48,574 nt of DNA from Deltaproteobacteria bacterium (lineage in GTDB: Bacteria > Desulfobacterota > Deferrimicrobia > J040), in contig WVXK01000002.1 in assembly GCA_011773515.1 (NCBI GenBank), positions 1-48,574 of the forward strand. Direction: 5' to 3'. Positions 32,172 to 40,409 of the stretch are shown here, piece by piece. Each line of letters opens with the position of its first letter. The stretch's first letter is position 1. The translations under genes and the position numbers were made by a program. The notes beneath the pieces are model-generated. The model ran no database searches. It was not told the origin of the DNA and saw only the letters and a program-made list of their open reading frames with translations.

Positions 32172-33596
32172 ATGGCTTATCGTGAAAAAGGAAAAACTCT
32201 ACCGACTATCAAGGTACTGAAATGGCCAGCGACGCCGACACCGACCGTTGACGAAGTCTACGCCGGAGTGAGCGACGAGGCGAAAGCCTACAACCTCTGG
32301 CTGGAAGCGGCGGTGCGGCAGGAGTTCAACCATGGCAAACCGGAGGCGCTGCAGGGAATCAGGGTCTTGGACTGCTCCCAGAGGATGATCATCGGCCACT
32401 GGGCTTCGTCCCATTTTTCCGAGATGGGTGCCGAGGTCATCATGGTGGAGCCGCCGACGGGAGACCCACTGCGGCAGCTCACGCCATTCGGCAGGGAAAA
32501 CTACATGTTCGAGGACACGAAGGGCGAGAAGTGCGGCGCACGGTTCCTCTGCGAGGCGAGGAGCAAGCTCGCCGTCACCCTCGACCTGGAGAAGGAAGAG
32601 GGCCGTGAGATACTGAAGAAGTTCATTCCCCACACCGACGTCCTCATCGAGAACTACCCGCCGGGCCAGTTCGACGCCTGGGGCATCGGCTACCGCCAGC
32701 TCTCGGAGATCAACCCCCGCCTGGTGTACCTCTGGGTGGGACAGAGAGGGCAGTGGGGCCCGCTGAAGGATAAGCCCTGGATGCACGATCCCGTCGCCCA
32801 GAACGCCATGGGCTTCACCCACGGAACGGGCGCCCCGAAGGAGATGGGAGGCCAGCCGGTCCGCTCGGGATGGTGGATGGCCGAGCAGGTGGGCGGAACC
32901 TTCGCGTGTCTCGGCGTCATGGCGGCGCTTATCGCGAGAGATTCCTTTTACGGAAAAGGACAGTTCGTGGAAGGAACGGGTGCGGAAGGCGTCATGCGGA
33001 TCATCGACTACAACTGGGGATGGTACGGCATGGACGGATCGGTCAGGCCCCGTTATGGAAACTGGGACCTCGCCATAAACATCTACGCCGTCAATCCCTG
33101 TTCCGACGGCCAGATCATGGTGGGCGGCGGCCACGACCGGCTCTGGTTCCGGATCTGGAGGACGGTGGGTAAGGAAAAACCCGAGATCGAAGACCATATC
33201 GTTGAGGATCCAAAGCTCAAGGTGGTCACCGACAGGCTCCCCCACTACATGCAGGTCAAGACCTACACCTGTCTCGTGGAGTGGATGAAGGACCACACCC
33301 GGTACGAGTGCGAGGTGGCCCTCCAGGAGGAGGAGGTCGCATCGGGCGGCGTTTCCTTCTTCGACGAGGTCTGCGAGTTTCCGCACTATAAGTACCGCGG
33401 GCACGTGGAGGAGATTCACGACAGCAACTACGGTACGGTCCTCATCGGATCATCGGTTTTCATCGGCCAGAAGACTCCCGGCCGGGTCAAGACGATCGGC
33501 AGACCCATCGGCCACGATAACGATGACGTGTATCGGAGGCTGCTCGGGTTCAACAGGGAAGACATGAAGAACTTAAAGAAATCGGGGGTGATCTGA
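32172..33596 (+). CDS. family III (CaiB/BaiF-type) CoA-transferase, subunit 1
   Basis: The N-terminal Rossmann-like signature is IRVLDCSQRMIIGHWASSHFSEMGAEVIMVEPPTGDPLR, followed by VLIENYPPGQFDAWGIGY. AAGGAGGGG lies upstream. At 474 aa it is longer than typical members (about 400 aa). Confidence 0.9.
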   Translation: MAYREKGKTLPTIKVLKWPATPTPTVDEVYAGVSDEAKAYNLWLEAAVRQEFNHGKPEALQGIRVLDCSQRMIIGHWASSHFSEMGAEVIMVEPPTGDPLRQLTPFGRENYMFEDTKGEKCGARFLCEARSKLAVTLDLEKEEGREILKKFIPHTDVLIENYPPGQFDAWGIGYRQLSEINPRLVYLWVGQRGQWGPLKDKPWMHDPVAQNAMGFTHGTGAPKEMGGQPVRSGWWMAEQVGGTFACLGVMAALIARDSFYGKGQFVEGTGAEGVMRIIDYNWGWYGMDGSVRPRYGNWDLAINIYAVNPCSDGQIMVGGGHDRLWFRIWRTVGKEKPEIEDHIVEDPKLKVVTDRLPHYMQVKTYTCLVEWMKDHTRYECEVALQEEEVASGGVSFFDEVCEFPHYKYRGHVEEIHDSNYGTVLIGSSVFIGQKTPGRVKTIGRPIGHDNDDVYRRLLGFNREDMKNLKKSGVI

Positions 33597-34957
33597 TGAC
33601 ATTATCAAAAGAACTCAAAGAAATGACCTTCGAAGACTTCTGCAGGAGCGTCTTCGATCCCAAGAAGAGGCACAGCAAGCCCCAGGTGCTCAAGGGGAAA
33701 GTGTCCATCTCGACTACCCAGTACATTCTCGGCCCGTCAAACGCGGCGTACCTGGCGGAGCTCGGCTCTCAGACCATCAAGGTCGAGCTGCCCAAGCGGG
33801 GCGAGCCCATGAGGCACACCACCCCCTTCAACGAGCCCTTCCTCTATCCCCTCTCCCGGTGGATGCCGGACAAGGGGACGGGGCTTGGCTTCTTCGGTGC
33901 CAACCACAACGAGTACTTCCTGGCTCTCGACTTCCATAAGCCCGAGGCCGTGGAGATCATGAGGATGTTGCAGGCCAAGGCCGACACCCAGAGCGAGAAC
34001 TACCGTGCGGGTACCTTCGACCGGTGGGGCGTCGGCTACCGGCAGGCTGCGGAAGTGAATCCCCGCATCATCTACCAGTGGATGGGAGGCTTCGGCGGAT
34101 GGGGCCCCGGAAGGAACAGGGCTTCCTACGACATCCTCGGACAGGCCCAGGGCGGCTGCTTCTCCGTCACCGGCCTGCAGGGCGAGAAGGGTGGCATGCC
34201 CTCGAAGCAGACCATCTGGATCATGGACTACTGGGGCGGTGCGATGGCTGCCTTCCAGATTCTCGCGAACATGTGGTGGAGGGACAACATCTCGGGCCAG
34301 GGCAACTTCATGGAATACTCACAGGTCCACGGAGCCCAGAGGCACCTCTCCGACTGCATCGCCCTCTACGGCAGGTACGGCCTCGTGTCACAGAGGTGGG
34401 GCCAGTGGGATATCCTCCTCTGCGTCCACGGCAACATCAAGTGCGGGAAGTCCTCTTACCCCAAGTCGGACAACCCCCAGGAGCTCGAGGAGGGCTACAT
34501 TCTCGTTTCCGCACACGAAGATGACGACTACGCTACCCTCTGCAACATGATCGGAAAGCCTGATCTGGCGAAGAAGTTCCCCACCCACAAGGACCGTCTG
34601 CAGCCGGAGAACCAGTTCACGATCTACGCGGCGATCGAGGAGTGGGCTGCCGACAAGACGAAGGAAGAGGTCGCGGCAATTTGCGACAAGAACAACATCA
34701 TCAACCAGCCCGTGTGGAACTCCAAGGAAGTCTCCGAGCACGAGCACTACAAGATGAGGGGAACCTGCGAGTTTATCGACGATCCCCACTTCGGGGACCT
34801 GCAGATCCAGTCGGCCGGGTACCTCATGTCCGATACGCCTCCGCGGACCAACTGGGCGTTCAAGCCCGTGGGAGCCGATAACGAAGCGATATTGGCGAAG
34901 TTCTGCGGCTTTGGCGGCAGCGACATCGAAAAGCTGTACGAGGAAGAGGTTATATAA
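33596..34957 (+). CDS. family III CoA-transferase, subunit 2 (divergent)
   Basis: The start shares one nucleotide with the upstream stop (TGATG). Family III-like blocks are present: GPSNAAYLAELGSQTIKVELPKRGEPMR, YRAGTFDRWGVGY and NPRIIYQWMGGFGGWGP. Confidence 0.85.
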   Translation: MTLSKELKEMTFEDFCRSVFDPKKRHSKPQVLKGKVSISTTQYILGPSNAAYLAELGSQTIKVELPKRGEPMRHTTPFNEPFLYPLSRWMPDKGTGLGFFGANHNEYFLALDFHKPEAVEIMRMLQAKADTQSENYRAGTFDRWGVGYRQAAEVNPRIIYQWMGGFGGWGPGRNRASYDILGQAQGGCFSVTGLQGEKGGMPSKQTIWIMDYWGGAMAAFQILANMWWRDNISGQGNFMEYSQVHGAQRHLSDCIALYGRYGLVSQRWGQWDILLCVHGNIKCGKSSYPKSDNPQELEEGYILVSAHEDDDYATLCNMIGKPDLAKKFPTHKDRLQPENQFTIYAAIEEWAADKTKEEVAAICDKNNIINQPVWNSKEVSEHEHYKMRGTCEFIDDPHFGDLQIQSAGYLMSDTPPRTNWAFKPVGADNEAILAKFCGFGGSDIEKLYEEEVI

Positions 34958-34988
34958 TCACTACTGAAACAACAATAGGGGGTACAAT

Positions 34989-35381
34989 ATGAGCTTTTTC
35001 AAAACGACGTCACTGATCGTGGAGCACGACTGCGGGGTGAGAAATTACCTCGACCCCTTCACCTTCTGGAACTTCAAAGGGAAGATCAAGTGCGCAGGGT
35101 GTGACGCTGTCTTCTCCTATGCGCTGAGAAAAGGGGTACGGCAGAGCGGCCCGGATCCGGCCGACCCGCCCCACGACATGCTGCCCGGATATGCCGAGGA
35201 CCAGGAGTGGGGGGCGATCACCGATCCGACGAAGGTGAACAAACCACCCCAGGCGAGGGCGGACTTCCAGGGGAAGCCGATCCCCATCACCAAGAGCGTG
35301 CGGGGGAAGAAGGTGTCAGGATCGCCCCTAACCGAGGCTGATCTCGTGGGGTCGGTTCCGAAATTCCTCATCGAGGATTGA
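34989..35381 (+). CDS. hypothetical protein, 130 aa
   Basis: GGGGG lies upstream of the ATG. The protein contains C15 and a CAGC pair (KIKCAGCDAVF) and a Pro-rich middle. I recognise no family. Confidence 0.55.
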   Translation: MSFFKTTSLIVEHDCGVRNYLDPFTFWNFKGKIKCAGCDAVFSYALRKGVRQSGPDPADPPHDMLPGYAEDQEWGAITDPTKVNKPPQARADFQGKPIPITKSVRGKKVSGSPLTEADLVGSVPKFLIED

Positions 35382-35416
35382 TGAGCAGCTACTGAAAAAA
35401 ACAAGGAGGTCTTATC

Positions 35417-35587
35417 GTGGCTAAAAAAGTTCCTGATTGTCAAAATTGCCAGAACTTCAGCCCGGCCCTGGACCCCTTCATCGCCGAGGCCTACATCGGC
35501 CAGTGCATGAAGATCGAGTATCCATTAGCGATCAATATTCCCAAGGATGGAATAGAAGGAGAGTGTGGTTACTTCGAGAAGGCATAG
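35417..35587 (+). CDS. small four-Cys protein, 56 aa (not in ORF track)
   Basis: GTG at 35417 follows AAGGAGG (35403-35409). The hand translation is MAKKVPDCQNCQNFSPALDPFIAEAYIGQCMKIEYPLAINIPKDGIEGECGYFEKA*, with Cys pattern C-x2-C-x18-C-x19-C. A strong terminator follows. Confidence 0.55.
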   Translation: MAKKVPDCQNCQNFSPALDPFIAEAYIGQCMKIEYPLAINIPKDGIEGECGYFEKA

Positions 35588-35623
35588 TGCCGGTCTGAAA
35601 GATGTTCAACGGTAAATAAGGTA

Positions 35624-35665
35624 AATCCACGGCCGGGTTCACCGGCCGTGGATTTTGCTGTTTTT
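35624..35665 (+). terminator. intrinsic terminator
   Basis: A perfect 13-14-bp stem AATCCACGGCCGG / CCGGCCGTGGATT encloses a 5-nt loop (gttca) and is followed by TTGCTGTTTTT. Confidence 0.8.
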
Positions 35666-35721
35666 GGCCCAAAATCAATAAAACGCTTTTTCAAAATCAA
35701 AGTGAAGGAGGTTATCGAGCC

Positions 35722-36099
35722 ATGAAAGTTGAGTTCTACTACAGCAGTGCTGTGGACCCTGCGAAGCAGTATTTCTGCGACATCCCCAAGACCCTCGAGC
35801 TTTTGGAGCAGCTGAAGGGAAAGGAAGGGTTCATCGTGACCGTAACGGATATGAAAACCTTCGAAGGGAACATCTTCAGGACCTACAATGCCTCCTGCAC
35901 CGGTCCTCCCGCTCCCAAAAGGGGCGTGTTCGGCACCAAAGGCGCCCTCGAAGAGGACTTCGGCACAACCGTTCCCGCCCTGCTCGTTTTTGAAAAGGAT
36001 GATTCGAGATATCCCGACGAGGTCTTTCCCCGGATGGACAGGGAGCTGGGCAGGCTCATGCCCTGTGAGGAAGCGGCGCAGAACCTTGTCGACAGGTAG
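35722..36099 (+). CDS. hypothetical protein, 125 aa
   Basis: GAAGGAGG lies upstream. The sequence is MKVEFYYSSAVDPAKQYFCDIPKTLELLEQLKGKEGFIVTVTDMKTFEG.... I recognise no family, though a thioredoxin-like alpha/beta fold is possible. Confidence 0.55.
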   Translation: MKVEFYYSSAVDPAKQYFCDIPKTLELLEQLKGKEGFIVTVTDMKTFEGNIFRTYNASCTGPPAPKRGVFGTKGALEEDFGTTVPALLVFEKDDSRYPDEVFPRMDRELGRLMPCEEAAQNLVDR

Positions 36100-36134
36100 G
36101 GATTTGAAACACCATTTCACGGGAGGAGGTTCCA

Positions 36135-37766
36135 ATGGGAAAGATACCGGAAAGCTATCTGCCGCCGAAGGAAAGCTGGCCCGAGAGGCCCTATGACCTG
36201 GCAGAGTACAGGGATGTCCCCCAGAACTTCAACGCCTGCGAAGAGCTGATCGACGCGAACGTCAAGGCGGGGAGGGGGGACAAAGTAGCAATTAAATTCA
36301 TGGACCAGGAGATAACCTACGCGCAGTTTTTGTCCAACATCTGCAGGGTTGCCAATGGGCTCAAGAAACTCGGGATAGAGGAAAACGACAGGGTCTTTTT
36401 GCGTATGCCCAACATCCCGCCCCTTCTCTACTGCAACTTCGCGGCCCTGAGGATCGGTGCGGTTGCCCTGCCCACGTCGATACTGTTCGCCAGGACAGAG
36501 ATCGCCCATGTGGCCAATCTCTCCGAGTCGAAGATCATCATCGTCTCCGCCATGTTTCTGGAAGAGGTGGAAAAGGCGAAGGAGGATCTCCAGACGGTGG
36601 AGCAGATCGTCGTCGTCGGCGGTGAGGAGGACGAGATCCGGGGGAAAGGGTTCATTCCTTTTTCGGACCTGATGAAGAATCCCGACACCTGCGAGGCGGT
36701 TCCCAAAGAGCGCATGGACGTGGGCCTTCTGCTCTTCACGTCGGGGACGACGGGCCTTCCCAAGGGGACCGTTCATTTCAACGAGGAATTTCTCATCATC
36801 CCCGACGGGTTCGGAAAGTACTGCTGGGAAGTGAATGAGAACGATGTCATCGGGGGTCCCGCACCCCTCGCCATGGCTGCGGGCTACTCCACCATCGGAA
36901 CGATCCCCTTCCGCTTCGGGGCAGCCGTGTCGCTCATCCCGCGGTTCACTCCCGAGGATCTCTTCAAGAACATCGAGAACCACAAGATCACCATCCTCTC
37001 GGCCCTTCCCACCGCCTACCGGAAGATGCTGGTTGATATCAATCCCGCCGACTGGGATTACAGCTCTCTTCGCATCTGCACCGGCGGCGGCGAGGCGCTG
37101 ACGGCGAAAACCTACGAGGACTGGAAGGAAAAGTTCGGCCTCGAAATCTTCGAGGGTCTCGGGACGACGGAGATGATGTTCGTCTTCGTCTCGAGCGCCG
37201 TGACGAAGAAGGTAAAGCCCGGATGGATAGGGACGGCGGTGCCGGGGTATGTTGTCAAAGTCGTCAACGACGAGGGCCAAGATTGCAAGCCCGGCGAGAT
37301 CGGAAAGATGGTCGTCGTAGGCCCAACGGGTACCATCTACTGGAGAGACCCGGAGAGACAGGGCACCTCCGTGAAGGATGGCTGGTGCCAGGCGGGCGAC
37401 GTGGTGACCATGGATGAAGATGGGTACATACAGTTCCTCTCCCGGGAGGATGACCTGATTAAATCTTCCGGGTACAGGATCGGGCCCGAGGAGATCGAGG
37501 AGGCGCTCGTGACCCATCCCTCCGTTGCGGATGCGGGCGTTATCGGTATCCCCGACGAAGTCATGGGTCAGAAAACGAAGGCCTTCGTGGCGCTCAACGA
37601 GGGAGTCGAGCCATCTGAAGAGCTGAAGAAGGAGCTCGTCGAGCACTGCAAGGGAAAGATCGCCGTTTACAAGCTGCCCAGAGAGATCCAGTTTATCGAC
37701 GCCATGCCGAGGACGATGGTGGGCAAGCTCCTCCGGCGGAAGCTCAGGGATCTGGAAACGTCCTAG
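36135..37766 (+). CDS. AMP-forming acyl-CoA / aryl-CoA ligase (ANL superfamily)
   Basis: The AMP-binding motif is LLLFTSGTTGLPKGTVH, followed by GYRIGPEEIEEAL and the C-terminal A10 motif PRTMVGKLLRRKL. GGGAGGAGG lies upstream. Confidence 0.92.
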   Translation: MGKIPESYLPPKESWPERPYDLAEYRDVPQNFNACEELIDANVKAGRGDKVAIKFMDQEITYAQFLSNICRVANGLKKLGIEENDRVFLRMPNIPPLLYCNFAALRIGAVALPTSILFARTEIAHVANLSESKIIIVSAMFLEEVEKAKEDLQTVEQIVVVGGEEDEIRGKGFIPFSDLMKNPDTCEAVPKERMDVGLLLFTSGTTGLPKGTVHFNEEFLIIPDGFGKYCWEVNENDVIGGPAPLAMAAGYSTIGTIPFRFGAAVSLIPRFTPEDLFKNIENHKITILSALPTAYRKMLVDINPADWDYSSLRICTGGGEALTAKTYEDWKEKFGLEIFEGLGTTEMMFVFVSSAVTKKVKPGWIGTAVPGYVVKVVNDEGQDCKPGEIGKMVVVGPTGTIYWRDPERQGTSVKDGWCQAGDVVTMDEDGYIQFLSREDDLIKSSGYRIGPEEIEEALVTHPSVADAGVIGIPDEVMGQKTKAFVALNEGVEPSEELKKELVEHCKGKIAVYKLPREIQFIDAMPRTMVGKLLRRKLRDLETS

Positions 37767-37813
37767 TAGCGTAAAAGATCAGGCAGGGGGGAGACGCTCC
37801 CCCCTTTTTTCTG

Positions 37814-38902
37814 ATGTCCGAAAAGTGCGCTTTCATATACCATCCCGTGTATGAGGACAGGGGCCTCTCTCCTTTTCCCTCTGTCTGGCAGCGATATGCC
37901 CTCACGAAAGATCTGCTCGAAAAACTCGGTATCATTCCGGTGTCGGTGGCCGTTGTCGAGCCGCCGGTGGCGGATGAAGAGCAGCTCCTGCTCGCGCACG
38001 CGAAGGAGTATATTGAATTTGTCAAGAAAAAGAGCGTAGAGGGAACGGGATTTCTCGATTACGGCGACACACCTGCATACCCCGGGGTTTTCAATCGCGC
38101 TTCTGCCAGCGCCGGCGGTTCCGCCGAAGGGGCGCGGCTCATCGCCCGGGGGGAATACGACCATGTCTTCAATCCCGGAGGAGGGCTTCATCATGCCCGG
38201 TACAGCAGCGCGGGGGGTTTTTGCGTGTTCAACGATCTGGCCCTTGCCGTCAGGGTTCTCACCTCGGAGTTCGATATCGAGCGGGTTGCCGTTGTCGACA
38301 TCGACGGGCACCACGCCGACGGGACCCAGGAGTATTTTTACCGGGAGCAGATCCTCACCGTCTCCCTGCACCGTTTCGACCCTCTTTTTTACCCGGGAAG
38401 CGGCTCCACCTTGGAACTCGGGGAGGGGCAAGGGTATGGATACAGCGTAAACGTGCCCCTTCCGGCGAGAACGCCGGGCGACCTCTTCCTGGAGGCCTTC
38501 GAGTCGATTGTCCCCCCCCTTCTCCGATGGTACGCGCCCGAAGTGGTCATTCTCCAGTGCGGGGTAGACGGCCACTACCAGGACCCCCTCGTCCGCCTGT
38601 ATCTGACAACGCACACCTTTGAGGCGGTTGCCGGGTCCATGCACGACCTGGCCCACGAACTCTGCGGGGGGAAGCTCCTCCTCCTGGGAGGTGGGGGGTA
38701 CAGCCCGGAGAACGTTGCGAGGTGCTGGGCGGTCATGTTTGCGGCCATAACCGGTGCCGTGGCGGAGGACAAAAAGGAGCTCCTCGCATCTATCCGCGAC
38801 GTGGCAATAAAAAATCCTCAAGCCGATATCAGCGAGGCGGTCAGGGAGAGCGTGGAGAGCCTCAAGGGCAGACTCGAGCATATCCACGGCCCGATTTTTT
38901 AA
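37814..38902 (+). CDS. histone-deacetylase-family (AcuC/AphA-like) deacetylase
   Basis: GGGLHHARYSSAGGFCVFNDLALAV, VDIDGHHADGTQEYF and GGGGY are classical Zn-dependent arginase/deacetylase-fold motifs. Confidence 0.9.
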   Translation: MSEKCAFIYHPVYEDRGLSPFPSVWQRYALTKDLLEKLGIIPVSVAVVEPPVADEEQLLLAHAKEYIEFVKKKSVEGTGFLDYGDTPAYPGVFNRASASAGGSAEGARLIARGEYDHVFNPGGGLHHARYSSAGGFCVFNDLALAVRVLTSEFDIERVAVVDIDGHHADGTQEYFYREQILTVSLHRFDPLFYPGSGSTLELGEGQGYGYSVNVPLPARTPGDLFLEAFESIVPPLLRWYAPEVVILQCGVDGHYQDPLVRLYLTTHTFEAVAGSMHDLAHELCGGKLLLLGGGGYSPENVARCWAVMFAAITGAVAEDKKELLASIRDVAIKNPQADISEAVRESVESLKGRLEHIHGPIF

Positions 38903-38917
38903 AGAGAGGAGGACCGG

Positions 38918-39325
38918 GTGTCCAGTGCAAGGATAGAAAGGCGTGTGCGGTTCGGGGATACGGACCCCTTCGGAGTTCTCTACTTTGCCGCCCTCCTCGA
39001 CTACTACAAGGACAGCGTGGACGAGTGGTTCCGGAATGTGGGAGAGGCGCCGGAAAAGATCTACCGGAACAGGGAGGAGCGCTTCGGGTTTCCCGTTGTG
39101 CACGTCGAGGCAGATTACATGAAGCCCGTCCGGTACGACGAACTCGTCGTCCTGGAGTGCGCCGTCGACTCCGTGGGAGACAAGAGCGTTACCTTTGCCG
39201 TCGTTGCGCGGGCGGGGAATGAAATCGCATCGAAGGGAAGGCTGACCTTCGCCTCCATATCGGATGACTGGAAGCCGATACCGTTGCCGGAGCGGATTGC
39301 CAACCTCGTAAAAAAGAAGAAATAA
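38918..39325 (+). CDS. acyl-CoA thioesterase, hotdog fold (YbgC/4HBT-like)
   Basis: VRFGDTDPFGVLYFAALLDYY... is the typical N-terminal catalytic Asp region of 4HBT-class thioesterases. The protein is 135 aa. Confidence 0.85.
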   Translation: MSSARIERRVRFGDTDPFGVLYFAALLDYYKDSVDEWFRNVGEAPEKIYRNREERFGFPVVHVEADYMKPVRYDELVVLECAVDSVGDKSVTFAVVARAGNEIASKGRLTFASISDDWKPIPLPERIANLVKKKK

Positions 39326-39339
39326 ATTCAAATTCATAG

Positions 39340-39460
39340 TTCCGAGTCCAGAGTCCCGCGTCCCGAGAAAGAACCAGAACATCAGAAACTCAGAAGTTAA
39401 GAAGTTAAGCAATTCTCAACTTCTCTTATTTTCGGGACTCGAGACCCGGGACACGGGACT
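39340..39460. repeat. inverted arrays of tandem heptamers (TCCCGNG units) around an AT-rich core with an internal hairpin
   Basis: The left arm reads TTCCGAG TCCAGAG TCCCGCG TCCCGAG (39340-39367). The right arm reads CGGGACT CGAGACC CGGGACA CGGGACT (39433-39460). Positions 39352-39365 are complementary to 39447-39460 at 13 of 14 positions. The core holds a tandem GAAGTTAA GAAGTTAA and a hairpin AGAAGTT/AACTTCT (39400-39424) followed by CTTATTTT. Confidence 0.6.
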
Positions 39461-39463
39461 GCC

Positions 39464-40246
39464 TTATCGGCCTGCTCTCTCGAGGGCCTCTCTCACCTTC
39501 TTGACCATCCCCACGATCTCCTCGAGCTTTCTGTACCTGCCCTCTATCTTGAAGACATCGACGCCCGCATCTACCCAATCGCCTATATTGCCGGTGATGT
39601 CGTGGTCGGGATGTGACCCGAGAATGCCCCTGCAAACGGTGTGGCAGAGGCCGGTCTTTTTCGATGACCGAAGCGGGGCGGCGGCGGATGCATCACCCGC
39701 CAGGAGGTACCCCGCGAGCATGCACTTGCCCTGCGTGACCGGTTCGGCCCTGCAGATGGCGAAGACCTCCACCGCTATTTTCGAGACCCTTTTTATTTCT
39801 GCGATGTCGCCGGGAGAGGCAATGAGAGGCATGACCATCGAACGGGCGCCCAGCCGCTCCAGAAAGAGTGCGTCGTAGGGGTTTATCGCACAGAGGCCGA
39901 CACTGACGGAGGGAGATGCCTCGGGAAAGCTCCGCGTGATGAGCTGCAGGAGGCCGTGCTCGTTCACGACAAAATTCCTGTATCCAGCCCGCAAAAGGGC
40001 CTCCAGGGACGAGGTGATCCCCTCCCAGTCTCTGGCGGGGGCGACGACGTTTATGGCCACGTGGATCTTTTCCGCGATACCGGGATTATCCCGTTCGAAA
40101 TCAATAAGGTCGCGCTCATCGGGAGAGGTGCGAACCCCCTCGCGGGAAAATTTCCGGAGGCCGGTCAGGAGGCGGTCGGCACCTGCCTCGAAGAGGTCAT
40201 GGCTCATCCCTATGGCTGGAAGGGGGGCGAGAATATCGGCCATCAC
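39464..40246 (-). CDS. U32-family protein (peptidase U32 / UbiV-RlhA-like Fe-S hydroxylase family)
   Basis: The C-terminal hallmark is GVDVFKIEGRYRKLEEIV. Upstream Cys residues are arranged as in U32 proteins (FAICRAEPVTQGKCMLAGY...GLCHTVCRG). At 260 aa it is short for the family. Confidence 0.8.
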   Translation of the reverse strand: MMADILAPLPAIGMSHDLFEAGADRLLTGLRKFSREGVRTSPDERDLIDFERDNPGIAEKIHVAINVVAPARDWEGITSSLEALLRAGYRNFVVNEHGLLQLITRSFPEASPSVSVGLCAINPYDALFLERLGARSMVMPLIASPGDIAEIKRVSKIAVEVFAICRAEPVTQGKCMLAGYLLAGDASAAAPLRSSKKTGLCHTVCRGILGSHPDHDITGNIGDWVDAGVDVFKIEGRYRKLEEIVGMVKKVREALERAGR

Positions 40247-40409
40247 TTTTCGGGTCTGCCCTGCTGTTTCATGCTACAATTATTATAGATAATTACTGGC
40301 GACAGAGTCAAAAACGACAAACCACTCCACGATATGGTAAGGTATGTTTTAAAAATGCCCAAACTGGCGTATAATGAATTTTTGCTTGACATCCCCCCGC
40401 GGGGTGATG

